Notes: generated by a model not told the origin, from the letters alone. A DNA stretch of 64,000 bases from Basidiobolus meristosporus CBS 931.73 (GCA_002104905.1 MCFE01000383.1:1-64000), one strand, 5' to 3'; positions 1 to 12,799 are shown, counted from the first letter of the stretch. Translations and numbers: made by a program.

Positions 1-125
1 CATATATCTGGAGAAAGTGGCAAAGTTAAGGCAGTAAATGAGTCCTACAGTGACTAAGACTATCCTAGAATTGTTAAGTAAATTTTTAGCTGCTGAATGA
101 TACCAAATAGTCCAATATTTCAACA
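1..125 (-). repeat. 3' LTR (partial) of copia A
   Basis: Identical to 4318-4442 and directly adjacent to the PPT. Confidence 0.95.
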
Positions 126-138
126 CTCCCCCTCAACT
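126..138 (-). other. Polypurine tract AGTTGAGGGGGAG
   Basis: Purine run immediately before the TGTTG start of the 3' LTR on the minus strand. Confidence 0.9.
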
Positions 139-190
139 AAATAATTTCTTAATCCCAATTTTTCTCTAAGGATCTCAAACTGTGGCCTAG

Positions 191-3100
191 CTAGTGTTTT
201 GTCAATATGTCTGCCACCATTTTGTCAGTTTGGCAGTAAACCAGCTCCACTAAGTTATTTTCTACAGCTTCCCTCACAAAGTGATGCTGTATATCAATGT
301 GCTTAGTTCTGGCATGATTAGTAGGATTTCTAGCTAATGAAATACAACTTTGATTATCCTTGTAAATACATGTTGGTTCACCTGAATTAAAACCTAAGTC
401 TTTGAATAATTTTTGTAGCCATATAGCCTCCTTAGTTGCTTGACATGCAGCCATATATTTGGCTTCAGTTGTAGATAGTGCCACAGTTGGTTGTTTCTTG
501 CAATTCCAAGTAATAGCTGCACCAGCATAAAGAAATACATAGCCTGTGGTAGAGCGTCTGTCAATCAAATCCCTACCCCAATCTGAATCACTATAACCAT
601 CAAATTTTTGCCTATTTGCTGCTCCAGAGTATTCCAGTACCATATTTATGGTACCTTGTAGATATCTGAAAATCCGCTTAACTGCTGCAATTTGATCTGA
701 TCCATAATTCTGCATGAATTGACTGACTATTCCAACTGCTACTGCAATATCTGGACGTGTAGACACCATCAAGTACATTAGGCTACCAACCATTGATTGA
801 TAGGGAAAGTTTTGGTCCATATTTGAGCCGTTTTCATCCATAACTGGCTGAGATTTGCTTAATTTCAGGTTATTGTCCATAGGGGTTGCTGCAGGTTTGC
901 AATTTTCCATTTTGAAGCGTCTAAGAATGTCCCTGATGTACTTAGACTTGATTCAGCACAATTTTCTGCGTAGGTATGTCAAATTTGACCTCAATTCCAA
1001 GAAAATAGCTCAATTTTCCAAGATCTTTCATCTCAAACTTGCTGAAGAGATCTGATTTCGTCTGTTTAAGTGCCTCTTGATCACTTGTAGCTATAATTAG
1101 GTCGTCCACATAAAGAACTAGGATGATCACACCCTTTTTGAGCTGTTTCACATATATACTGTGATCTGCAGTGCTACGAGAGAACCCAATTTCCTCTAGA
1201 TATGTGTCAATCTTGTTATACCATGCTCTGGGTGCCTGCTTAAGCCCATACAACGATTTTCTAAGTTTGCACACCTTATGGGGGCTTTTTGGATCGGTAA
1301 AACCTTCTGGTTGCTCCATATATATAGTTTCTTGCAAATCCCCATTTAGAAAGGCTGTTTTGACGTCCATTTGGTGTAGATCTAGACTGTGTACAGCTGC
1401 CAGGGCTAGAACTGTCCTAATAGAGTTAAACTTGGCAACCGGAGCAAATGTTTCCTTAAAGTCTAGTCCCTGGATCTGGGAATAGCCTTTAGCTACCAAT
1501 CTAGCCTTGTACTTATCAACGGCACCATTTGAGGTTATCTTGATCTTATAGACCCATCTACATCCTATTGGCTTTCTCCCATTTGGTAAATCTACCAGTT
1601 CCCACGTTTTTGCCTTGATCAGTGATTGGTACTCCTCCTGCATGGCTTGTTGCCACTTAGTAGCATCTGGACCTTGCATTGCCTGTTCCAGATTCTGAGG
1701 TTCGGCACATAAGGCAAGATAAGCTTCTTCATGATCATTGGATGTCTGCCACCAGGATCCAGGGGCATTTCTTATTCTGGTAGATCTCCTAACTGGGATA
1801 ATCTGTTCTGATCTGGAACTGGTAGAAGTATCTTCCATCTCTGGCTGGATTTGGTACGTATCTTCTTCATTTGTGTTGATTGCATCATCAGGCAGCTGGC
1901 CAATGATTTCTGTGGCTTTCTGATCTGAATTTTCCTCAAATACAACGTCCCTGCTCTTGATCAGCTTCTGAATTTTGCCATCATACACTCTATACCCTTT
2001 AGTATCTTCACAATACCCAAGAAAGATCCCTTTTCTACTCTTTGGTTCCAACTTTGAGCGTTTTTTGTCAGGGATGTGATAAAAAACATCACTGCCAAAG
2101 ATCCTGAGGTGCTGGAGATCTGGTTTTTTGCCTGTATATGCTTCAAAGGGTGTAGAATCACGTAGTGCTGTTGTTGGGCATCTGTTCTTGATGTATACAG
2201 CGGTAGCAACAGATTCAGCCCAAAACTTGTAGTCCATTCCCTTATCATGTAGCATAGATCTTCCCATCTCTACTATTGTTCTGTTTGCACGTTCTGCTAC
2301 TCCATTTTGCTGTGGAGTATGAGGAACTGTGGTCTGTTGAAGTATACCAGTAGACAAGCAGTATTTTGCAAACTCCTTTGAGCAGTATTCTCCTCCATTG
2401 TCACTTCGTAGTACCTTCAATTTACACCCAGTTTGTGTTTCTGCCATGTTCTTGAAGTGCTTAAACGTCTCTAAAGCTTCATCCTTTGTTTTGAGGAAGT
2501 ACACCCATGTATATCTTGTCTTGTCATCAATAAACGTCATAAAGTATCTCTTGGCTCCAAAGGACAGTGTTCTCATGGGGCCACATATGTCTGAGTGTAC
2601 AATAGCCAATATTTCGGTGGTATTGATGCCTTCTGAGCTCTTGAAACGTTGCCTAGCTTGTTTGCCATATGAACATCCCTTACAAACATTCAATTTGATC
2701 GGAATTGAGTATTTTAGGCCCAAAACAAGCTGATTTTTCACCAATTGGCTCATTTTCTGTTCCCCTATGTGTCCTAGCCTCCTATGCCACGTCTCCCAGT
2801 TGGTTTCATCAGTTTCAGCAATGTTGACATACTCAGGTACAATGATCTTGCATTGTAACTTGTATATATTGTGATCTCTGATTCCCAAAGCTAATTTTTG
2901 TCCATTTTCACTCAATATTGAGCAGCTCAGCTTAGTAAAAACGAATTTCAGTCCCTGAGTAGTTGCTTTACTGACTGAGAGTAGGTTCTTAGCTATTCCA
3001 GGTACATAGAGTACGTCAGTCAGTTTTGCTGTTGTTGCCCCTGAGTTATCACTCATATTTAGTTGTATAGACCCACTGGCGGTAGCTTCCAATGCAGAGT

Positions 3101-4037
3101 TATCTTCCAGATAAACCTTTCTTACGGGAATAGTCTTTAAGTTGCTGAACCAATCCTTTATACCACAAATATGCTGTGATGCTCCAGAGTCAATATACCA
3201 TTCATTACTTCGGTTACTTGCACTCTCTTGTACAGTGACAAATAGCTGTTCATCAGTAGTTATATGGTTTGCCTGCTCTAGTTTCTGTTTTTCGTCTGCT
3301 TGTTTCTTCTTGCATTCTCTTGCCCAGTGTCCTGGCTTCTTACAGTAGTTACAGCAGCCAGGTTTTCTTTGGTTTTGTTGCTTTCCCTTCTTTTCTGTAT
3401 GCCTTTCTGAGCTGAATAAAGCATTATCTTCAATTTTCTCTGCTTGATCATTACGTCTGAGTTCTTCATGGAGAAGTCTTCCTTTGACATAGTCTAAAGT
3501 CAAGTTGTCTTCTCTGCTTTCAAAAGAAAGTATGAGTGGCTCATACTTGTCTGGTAGGCTGCAAAGCAGACAGAGTATCTTTTCTTCATCATCTACACCA
3601 GCATTAATACTGTAAAGTTCTTCTGCAAGTGTCTCCATTCTGGTAATGAGTTGTAGCATGTCATCATCTGGCTTTTTTCTCATGTTGAAGAACTTTCGTT
3701 TCAAATAAAGCTTGCTTGATACTGACTTTGCTCTAAAGATCTTCTCTAAGGATTCCCATGCTGCTTTGGCAGTATTTGAGGCATGGATTTGTCCAATGAA
3801 GGAGTCTTGCACATTGATGCATATTGCATTGAAGGCCTTTCTCTCCTTCTCTTGAAACTTCTCCACATCTTCTGCTGTTCCTTTGGGCTCAACTTCCTTT
3901 CCTGTAACTATGTTCCAAAGCTTTCTTTCCTCAATGTGGATCTGCATCTTGATTCTCCAAAGTCTGTAGTTCTTCCCATCAAACCTCTCCTTTACAGGGA
4001 AGATGTTGGTATTGCTTTGTTTGCTGGTAGAAGTCAT
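191..4037 (-). CDS. Copia gag-pol polyprotein, split by one +1 frameshift at about 948 (ORFs 942-4037 and 191-910)
   Basis: Motifs: gag zinc knuckle CNYCKKPGHWAREC, protease WYIDSGAS, GAG-pre-integrase WHRRLGH, integrase SDNGGEY/QQNGVAER, RT YVDD, RNase H YSDSDWG/ADILTK. Removing one base at 948-949 restores NQSKYIRDILRRFKMENCKP. Confidence 0.95.
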
Positions 4038-4060
4038 CTTTAGAATAGATTAAGGCAATC

Positions 4061-4073
4061 GGGGCTCATAACC
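4061..4073 (-). other. Primer-binding site GGTTATGAGCCCC (copia type, internal tRNA-iMet priming)
   Basis: Directly follows the 5' LTR end on the minus strand and resembles the Drosophila copia PBS GGTTATGGGCCC. Confidence 0.85.
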
Positions 4074-4442
4074 TGTTGCAATTTAAGAAGTGATTTGGAT
4101 ATAAGGAACTTATCAAGAAATAGTGATAATAGTTGAACTGTTGTTTATTCATAAAGAAGCTCAGTATTTATACCTTTGTGGAAGTAATACAGCTGCAACA
4201 CTAAGTAGGGAGGGTTTCTCAATATTCAGGAGCATTCTGTAACAGTTTCAGGGTTAGTACATAATGTTTGGTAATAGTGCTAATTTGATCCTGACTATAG
4301 GGGAATAATCATAAGATCATATATCTGGAGAAAGTGGCAAAGTTAAGGCAGTAAATGAGTCCTACAGTGACTAAGACTATCCTAGAATTGTTAAGTAAAT
4401 TTTTAGCTGCTGAATGATACCAAATAGTCCAATATTTCAACA
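4074..4442 (-). repeat. 5' LTR of copia A (369 bp)
   Basis: TG...CA termini; matches 1-125, 22832-23200 and 19738-20105. Confidence 0.95.
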
Positions 4443-6076
4443 CATACTATTTTTGGACTATTTCCTGATTTCTCAGGGCCAATATGTCTATCCCATCAGC
4501 CACTGCATCTAATTGCTTCATTAATTCTTTTGTATGAGCTGACAATATACTTGCTAATATGGATGGTGGTGATGTTTGACAGCCACTGGCTGGTCTTCAA
4601 CCAAAGGTATTGCAATTGCTACACTCTCATCTGCCTGAGCATAACAGTCAGCTTGCAGCTCCATAGATATTCTCATTTGCAAACTTGACTGATAGCCTGA
4701 GGAGTCTGCATTATTACCTTCAGTGGGCACACAGTCAACATGGCATTTTTTAGATGAAGCCCTGCTTGTTGCACTGAATATCAAAGCAAGCAGTTGTCCA
4801 ACTGTTCTTCTGATGCTGTCAGCAGTGGGGTTTAGTTGAGAACCAGACAACTTTGCTCTATTTTTTGTTGGCATATATATGGAAGTTAGTTAAACCAAAG
4901 GGGAACTAGTATTACATATACATGGGTATGTGGTGCCACACCTTTATTTATAATGCTTACTATAGCAGGTCACCATTCAATCTTACATTCCTGTAGGTGC
5001 AATGTCTCAAATACAGGACTGTCTTAAATTCACCAGAGTATTGACTAAAAAGTGATATAATAGCGTTAAGTTGTTTAAGGTCAAACTGTTTGCCCTCTGG
5101 ACAAGACTACTTTGATTCAATGCCATTGGAGAAGAGAAAAAGACAATGTGGCTATTGTAGCAAGCCACTCAGCCATGAAGCATACAGACAGCATAGGAGG
5201 TATTACAAGGATCATGGCCGGTATTTTGCCACACAAGTCATATTTGACCATTCATCAGTTGCTACTGTACCAACATTATCTTGCCAGCCAGCTGCAACTT
5301 CTGTATTGGCACCTGGCCATCATTGTAACCTTGTATAAGTGGACAACCATTATGTGACTGGCAATAGACTTGCTCCATTGTACCATGCCAGGGCATGTGG
5401 CGCAATCTGCAGTTGTAAAGAACAATTGGGTGCAATATAATTGCTACCAGTAGGCAGGATTGTTCTTGGACAATTTTGCACTATGTGGGATGATCTTGCA
5501 CACTATGGCACAATCTGACACAATGAGGTTAGCACAAATGATTGTGCCAACTTGTAATGTTTGCATCACGTGAGCAATTGGATACCACTATTATGGCAGG
5601 TAAAATCCAGTATTTAGATATGTTTCTTTAATGTAAATGGAAATGAATGTGTATCAAACTATAAACTACACTGATACTTACCATTTTAGTTACCATCACT
5701 TCAATTGGACGTTTTCTCAGTGGTTAATTGGTCCAAAAGTATCCTGAAGCTGGCAGCCCCCAATGGGCTCATTGACTACTAAACAAGCTACCTGATTTGC
5801 CATGAAATATCCCATTTTGCCCATTGAGCAAGTAAATCCCTGATCCTAGTGATTGGACAAGGTGTCATAGCTAGCACCCAAGCAATTGGGTAGGTGCAAA
5901 ACAGATCCAATAGCTGCACTGGTATTACAGATGATGTATATATATGCAGGGTATTTATTTATAGGGGTTCTGTCTCAATTGTGAGACAACCTTGATATTC
6001 CTTATATCAAAAATTTGATGATCACTGATTTGCAATGGCTTGATTTGGATTGCAAAAAAATGGGTTGTTGGGATCA

Positions 6077-7370
6077 TTACAAATAATAGCAATTAAAGCA
6101 ATTGCAACATCTTTGCCTGGGTTTTTTTCTCACAGGGATTACTACTGAAGCATTTAGTAGTGACTCACTTTGCACACCAATACTACTTCCTGGCTGACTA
6201 TAATCTTGGCTACTGGTGTATTTGTAGTCAGTATTTTGCCTCCTAGTTGATAAGTGCAATGCTGCAGCTTGGCCGTGCTGAATTGCTCCAACTGAACCAA
6301 CTGAACCGGCCTGGAGTGCCATGTGCTGACGCGTTCTTTTACTTGCCAAGGGCACTGGTGGTTGAGGCACTACCTATTGGTCATCATCAGTCAGTTCACT
6401 AGAAGTAACTTGCTGATGGTCAGGCAAAATGCACATGCAGGTGCAACTTGACATGTTGAGATGGCTATTAGCTGAGTTTAATGTGATGCTGCATGTTGAC
6501 GCAACTTGGTCCGCTCCAATGGACTTGTGTCTAAATGAGCAGTTTGGCAAGTTCTTGTAGTTTTGCTCTGAAGCATGTGCGTTGACCCAACACTTGTTGA
6601 CTCAATGCGCGTTGACTTGATGTGGGGCATTCTAATAAAGGGTGTTGGCGTAGTCTGGACTGATGTGCACCGGCATGCTGTGGTTACAAGAGATGGTAAA
6701 GAATCTAGCAAGGTGTGCTGGCACAATCTGGACAATGTTGCTTGTGGTCTGTATTCTTCCTCCTGGAGCTCACCATCTGATTCCTCAAGCTATTCACTTA
6801 CCCTCTGTCTGATACTTTGGAGCTGTTGCCTGGATGAGTCCTGTATATATTGCTCTTGGAAGCCACTTAGCTCTACTAATATATCACATAGTACATTAGT
6901 CATTTGAGGCAAAAACTCATTCAAAATCTCTTTGGTTCCCAAAGTTGAGGCACAAACAGAAAATGTCCGGCCCATACCGTGCAAATTGCACGCAAAATTG
7001 TTCTCGGCCTCTTCTTCATCAAATCCCTACACTCTCAGCTCATTTTTGATATCAATACTTGTTTTGTTATATATATATTCTTACATACATTAGCTGGCAT
7101 CTTGATGTAGAATCCATGCCACAACTTTCTACACAAATTCTTCAATCTTTGTCAACTCTCTGAGGTCTCTAGTTCTGCTAGATTAATCAGTAGTGCCCAA
7201 ATATCTGTATGAAGGCTCATCATAGACACTTGGGCCATACTAAAATCTTTTGGCAAGAACTCAAACAGATCCAACATTTACTCTTCCGGTCCAGACTGCA
7301 CTTGTAAGCTGGGGGATGGGTTTGGTCTGGGTTGTACTAAAGATGAGTTGAGACTTGGTATGGGGACCAT
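6077..7370 (-). pseudogene. PHIS accessory ORF2 (putative Myb/SANT-trihelix-like DNA-binding protein), copy 1, disrupted
   Basis: Colinear with 27172-28434. The track ORFs 6790-6984, 6478-6735 and 6077-6370 are consecutive pieces of it. Confidence 0.65.
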
Positions 7371-7730
7371 AGCAACAGATCCGGATACTTATACAGCAGT
7401 ACATTGGCATCAACATGGTCTTATATGAAATATATATGAAGACTAATGTGATTGTTGAGTTTTCCATATATTACACATGATGCATCTTGGATTGTATTGC
7501 CACAGATCCGATCACATCAATCGCAGATTTTCTATTTGATTATAGACCTATGAGTAAAGTATCAATAAAAGTACCAAGGCATTGTTTGCGGATGATTTTT
7601 TGCAACATAATGATGGGATACATGGCAATTGATGGAGATTTAATCATAATGCATTAAAAATCCAATCAATAACACAGATTGCGCCAAATCAATTCAAACC
7701 ACCCCAATGTGATCATCCACCAATTTTGAT

Positions 7731-8615
7731 ATGACTTGCTCATCTGAATGGTCTTCTCTCATCAATCCCATCACTACCACAGGATTTCCTCTTAACACAC
7801 CAGAGGAGTTCTATTCCAAGTACTGTGGACCATCTTCCCCAATCTACTCAAGGGGATCCGTTGTTACGCTTCTGTGCTATTACAAGTACTATTGCCCTAC
7901 AAGGTTTCATCCCACCATCCATGGCAACAAAAGTCCTAGAAGCTTTCATTCCCAGCTGACATCGATGGAAAACCACCTTGCAGAGTGTACAAATGACTTA
8001 GAGCAGGCTTGGAATACTAGGTTCAGAAGCTCCAATAGACTTCCATATCCCAGAGTGTTCAGCAACAGGTTCCATATCAGGAGTATTTTGGATACCTTCC
8101 CAGTGAGGATTATCAAACCGTCTAGAGGGCAGAGGCACTTTTATTCTGGCAAGTACAAGGCATACTGTGCAAAGTTTCAAGCACTGTCTGACATTGAGGG
8201 TGACATCATCTGGTTTAGTGGGCCATTTGCTGGAAGTAGGCATGACAAAGCACTCTGGGTAGAGAATCATCCTGAATTCAGTAGAGGGGAGAAATGTATG
8301 GCAGACTTAGCCTATATAGGAGAGGATTGTCAGAGATTAGGATTTATTACAGCTTATAGGAAGCCAAGAAATGGTGTGCTTAGCAGGAAGCAGAAGTTCT
8401 ACAATGAGATATTTAATCATTTCAGAGTAAGGGTAGAGCACACATTTGGATATCTGAAGAGATTCAGCATATTGGCAGGTAAAGACAGGGGAAAGTCATA
8501 TATAGGAGAAAACAGCAGAATAGGTAAAATAGTTAAGATACTTATTAATGCACAGTATGCTCATACAAGAAGACATCCACTGAGAGAAATGTGTCTGGAG
8601 CATTATGAAGAGTAA
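7731..8615 (+). CDS. DDE_Tnp_4 (PIF/Harbinger-type) transposase, 294 aa, open
   Basis: SILDTFP (D), YSGKYK..KFQALSD.EG.I.WFSGPFAGSRHD, MADLAY (D), RVRVEHTFGYLKRF (E). Confidence 0.9.
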   Translation: MTCSSEWSSLINPITTTGFPLNTPEEFYSKYCGPSSPIYSRGSVVTLLCYYKYYCPTRFHPTIHGNKSPRSFHSQLTSMENHLAECTNDLEQAWNTRFRSSNRLPYPRVFSNRFHIRSILDTFPVRIIKPSRGQRHFYSGKYKAYCAKFQALSDIEGDIIWFSGPFAGSRHDKALWVENHPEFSRGEKCMADLAYIGEDCQRLGFITAYRKPRNGVLSRKQKFYNEIFNHFRVRVEHTFGYLKRFSILAGKDRGKSYIGENSRIGKIVKILINAQYAHTRRHPLREMCLEHYEE

Positions 8616-11600
8616 ATAAAGCAAGGAAAGCACTATTGTGAGCAACATAAGTAAGATTGAGTAAAATTACCAGTAACTGTATCATACTACTGGCATAATG
8701 GTAGAAATTATAGTGCCAGAGAGTGTTGTAGGGTGCCAGATCAATCCAGCACTATAAATAGGCTGGCACTATGTAGCACTATCCAATGGAACAAGTCTGA
8801 TATATGACCCAGAGACTGCCCTGATTGCAGCCTGTGTTAACAATTGCATGGCACTCACATCCAAAAATACCTCCATTGCAATATGTCCAATTTGTCAGGA
8901 GTTAACCATTATTGAGGGAAAACATTGTTCACACTCCAGATAGATTCTGGTAATACCCTGTCTAAAGAAGCTCTTGCAGTCTGACAAATACTGCAAAGCT
9001 ATAAAGTAACGCTCTCAGTCTCAATCAAGTGCAAACATATCTGATATACTTGATGGCAAACATTACAAACAATTAAGAAGCAAGGGCTACTTTGGAGGTA
9101 TGTATGACCATAACTTTGCATTAGCACTTGATGGATTCTCATTAAGCAAGTACTCTACCGGCAAATCCTGCTGGCCACTGATTCTCATCAACCAGAATCT
9201 GCTGCCTATCTTGAGGTATCAGGGCAAAAATCTGATGGTAGTCTCACTGGTATCTGGGTTTAAATCACTGTCCAACCTGGATAGCTACCTGTATCCATTG
9301 CTGGATGAATTTTGTATGCTTTCCAGTCGGACAACAGTGAATGGCCATCATGTCAATGTGCATATTATTGTATATATTGGAGATACCCTAGCCATCAGCA
9401 AGATAGCTGGCTTTTCTGGGCCCAATGGACAATATTACTGTCAAATATGTGAGATCCAGGGGATACACTCCATAACTCACACTCATTATTACCCAAACAC
9501 CAACAGTAAGAGCATTGTCTTCTCACAGAGAGAAATCACAGAAGTCAACATGCAATTGCAGCAAAGTTGGCAAGCTATAGGCCATTGGCTGGAATATGGA
9601 ATCATATGGACACCAGTGATACACAATATAGAGAGTATCTGTTGGGGCAAATGTTTTCCACTGAGAGCAATGCATTGGCTTATCATCAATATCCCTATAC
9701 TGATGACTAAATTTTATGTGCGGCATTTCAAGCTAAATGAGCCCTTCAAGATGCTGGAGAAATCTGAAAGAATTGGCAAGATAATACAGAGTATCTGCTA
9801 CCCTAAAAACCTCTCATAGGATCCAATCAATAACCATATATATGCAACAATATCAATTCTAAGACTGGATGAACTAGATATGACTTTATTCAAGTGGCAT
9901 TCTGAAGCCATTCCTACCAAGAGTACATTGGAAGTATTGGGAGTTATATGTGGACATTGTAGGAATATTAATCCAAAAGCAAATCAGCAAAGCCAACATG
10001 ACACATCTACAGCTGTTGTGCCACAAGTCTGCAACTGAATTTGTGTGATTATACTACAAGCATAAAGCTGAATGCGTAGATCTCTGCTGCCACTCTATCT
10101 ATTCTCTACTCCAACTTGCTTGTTTGCAGAGAGTATTGGGCCTTGCCTCACCTTTTGGGAGTTTCCTATGGAGTGGATGTGTGGGGAGATAGGAAGACAA
10201 GTCAAGTTGCAGCTACTACTGTATCCCAATCTCATCAAGAGTGTTAGGAGATATTTTTGGCAAAAGTGGTGGCAACCAAGCATATGATTGCAAGATGTGT
10301 ATGTTACCAGCTGTACAAGGTATATGGCAACTTTGCAAGTGTAACACTAAAATGCCCTAAAGTTGAGAGGATAGAAGAATGTCAATTGTGGCAGGTATGT
10401 GTGTTTGTAGAGGTTAGTAAGCAGGAGGTCATATCCCTTTTAATTCAAACCATTTGTGGAATACTCAAGATGATAGTGGGTAAGCAAGTAGAGAGGGGTG
10501 ATTCTACAGTGGAATACATGAGTTGTGCAAGGGGAGGCAGAAAAAGGAAATAATATTTGGTAAATTGGTGTAATTGCACTATACAGAACTAGCTGTAGGC
10601 CACCATACTGCTGTGATAATACCATCAAAGACTGGCAATGAGGCCATCAAAGAACCATCAGGTTTTTGCCATATAAGGTAACTGCATGTACTGGCCAGTT
10701 AGATCCATTTAGAATAGTTGTAGAGTGCATCAAGACCGCAACAATGCCACACATTATCCCTGCAGCACCAATTAAATGCTGTCAAGTTCTTTAACTTTAT
10801 TTGGAAGTAAAATTAGCATAGTGCTGTTGTGATCCTGTAACAAGATTGTTAAAAGGGTCACTAATTCCAAGCTGCTGGTATTATGATGGTCTCCAAATGG
10901 GATCCCAACAGCTGATCTGGATTGGATCCAACTGTGGGACCAACTTATTTTTTGTAGGGTCAGTAAATGCAACACAGGGCTTGCTTGGCTCCATAAAGAA
11001 TACTTAACAGTTTCTCCAAATGAGTTGTCAAATCAAAGTTAGAAATTTGCCAGGCTCATGCAGGATACAGTTGTGAGGGGAAATAGGCTCACTATCCACT
11101 TGTGAGCCTACTTCTTTTCAGCCAAAAGGCTTCACAAACTCAGCTGATTCAGTTTGTTCAAGGTTGCATATATGGCTGGATGCTGTTATAGATTTATCAA
11201 CTGACCTGAAAGAGGCTTTAGGTACAGTACTGACCACTAGATGCTTGAATATGGTTTGTGAGGCAAAACACTGCCCATGATTGTTGTAATACTTCCTATG
11301 CCAATAGGCTTGCTACAGCAGCCACATGGTCATTTTTCCATTTGTATATGGTGCTGAGTCAAGGTAGTGTTGTTTATTGTTCATGCAGGTTGAAACTCAG
11401 CTATGTAATGCTATTATATAACTTTGTCCATACTCATGTGATAGCAAGGGAGTCTTGTACTTGAGATATTGCACCTTCAGGAATGGAGGATTAAATGATT
11501 ACTCAAAATATTAAGTATTATTTTTAAAGCTGTGGCACTCCATACACTTGTATATATATGACTATTTCCTCTTTGGCTTTACTTGGTTAAAGTAGCATTG

Positions 11601-12099
11601 AAAGACTTGGCAGGGATAAAGGTAAATGTAATGAGAGATTTTTTTCCCATGCCAGAGGCAGGGAAGCATGAGAGAACTGCTGTACTTCTTGCCAATTGAC
11701 ACCATCAGCCCAGAACAAGCTGAATCACATAATAACCCAGAAGAACTGCCAACAAGTCCACAGCTGCTTTCACAAGAGTTTGAAGCACAGCCAGTTGAGC
11801 TGCATTCCAGTGAGGCAGATGAGCTTGCAAAGAAATGAACTTTGTCTATAACTGCCTCTACATCCTCCATTGTAGACTAGGTGCTGATCCTACTGAGAGA
11901 CAAAGCAACAATGTCAAGATCTCAAACAACAACCCAAATGCCTACAAAGGGATTTTGCAGCTTTAACATGCCCACCAAGAGGTTGCAGCATTCATTTAAG
12001 AGAAGTGCTTAAGAGAACTCACTTGAATATTGCAAGGCTTTAGTGCAAAAACAGTCAGATGAAGTGCTTGACCTTTCATTGCCAGCTGAAGACCAGGAT

Positions 12100-12310
12100 A
12101 TATGGGGATCAGTATTAAGGAAGTGCAAAAACTTCCTATCTATTTCAAGTAAAAGACAACAATACCTAAGAAGCAAGGGCAACTCTGAAGGTATATATGG
12201 CCATGTTTTTGCCTTAGTACTTGATGAATTCTAACTAAAAAGTGTACTGCCATCAAATCCTACTGGCTGCAGATTCTCATCAACCTGAATCTACCACCAT
12301 TTTCCACTTT
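12100..12310 (+). pseudogene. CACTA Tnp2 fragment
   Basis: Nucleotide similarity to 9020-9210 (for example aaatcctactggctgcagattctcatcaacc vs aaatcctgctggccactgattctcatcaacc). Confidence 0.7.
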
Positions 12311-12323
12311 TTGATGCAAGAGT

Positions 12324-12790
12324 TGTAAGGAAACAGGGAGTTTAGCTAGTATTGTGATTATTAAAGCCTGAAATGAATTTTTGTTAAGGCTCCAGCAGCT
12401 CCTAACATACATTTGGCCTGATCAATTGCTGACTAATTGAACTTCCTAATGGTGATTTTGGCTGAAGACTTATTTGATTGCATCATCACTACCAAATTAG
12501 ATCCTACTCAATATATCTATTTCTGTCTGATAAGGATTTAATGACTCATCTGCTGGCTAATACTACTGATTTGATAGAAGACAGTGATATATTGATACGT
12601 TAAACATAAGGACAATGGATTTGACTAAAAACTCACCCAACTTATGCGCTTGATAGGTAGATCATAATATTCCCCCTACTCAAGCTGAGAGGGTTCTCCT
12701 GACTCCTCTTCTTGTGATACTGATATTTTGATGGTTCAGTTTTGTCAGCAAGTCTTGCAAGCTTGACTCTGTCTCTATGAGCTAAATCTT
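12324..12790 (-). mobile_element. Ty3/gypsy 3' end (integrase tail, PPT, 3' LTR), decayed
   Basis: Reverse complement aligns with 18620-19085. Confidence 0.65.
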
Positions 12791-12799
12791 CCTGGATGT

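Larger units (their letters stand above)
1..4442 (-). mobile_element. Ty1/copia LTR retrotransposon (family A), young, truncated by the window edge inside its 3' LTR
   Basis: 5' LTR 4074-4442 (TGTTG...CAACA). Bases 1-125 are identical to 4318-4442. PBS and PPT are present, and gag-PR-IN-RT-RH occur in copia order. Confidence 0.97.
5366..8798. mobile_element. PIF/Harbinger-superfamily (PHIS) DNA transposon, copy 1, 3433 bp
   Basis: TIRs AGACTTGCTCCATTG / CAATGGAACAAGTCT. Two divergent ORFs. The same unit recurs at 26429-30936, and the flanks rejoin in frame in the host Tnp2 gene. Confidence 0.9.
5090..10553 (+). pseudogene. Decayed CACTA/EnSpm Tnp2-type transposase, interrupted by PHIS copy 1 (5366-8798)
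   Basis: N-terminal CGYC..H piece (5090-5338); ACVNNCMA..CPICQE right after 8798; ALDGF..SCWPLILINQNL..RY..NL..LDSYLYPLLDE (Transposase_21-like, 9100-9819); GPCLTFWEFPME (DUF4218-like, about 10140). Confidence 0.85.

Noticed and set aside
855-3783. Plus-strand ORFs overlapping the copia pol
   Set aside because: Antisense shadows of the retrotransposon CDS with no independent signal.
4554-4874. 106-aa minus ORF ending HHHHPY, faintly integrase-like
   Set aside because: No motif I can match confidently; it lies in CpG-depleted DNA and is probably a TE remnant.
5300-11000. Possible Fanzor/TnpB cargo in the CACTA or PHIS elements
   Set aside because: No RuvC-type motifs or C-terminal zinc finger seen in readable frames; PHIS ORF2 looks Myb-like instead.
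11160-12000. Low-complexity and Cys-containing frames (ORFs 11258-11464 and 11562-11870)
   Set aside because: Stop-ridden and unassignable; the Ser-rich minus ORF is the shadow of a Glu/Gln/Pro-rich plus frame.
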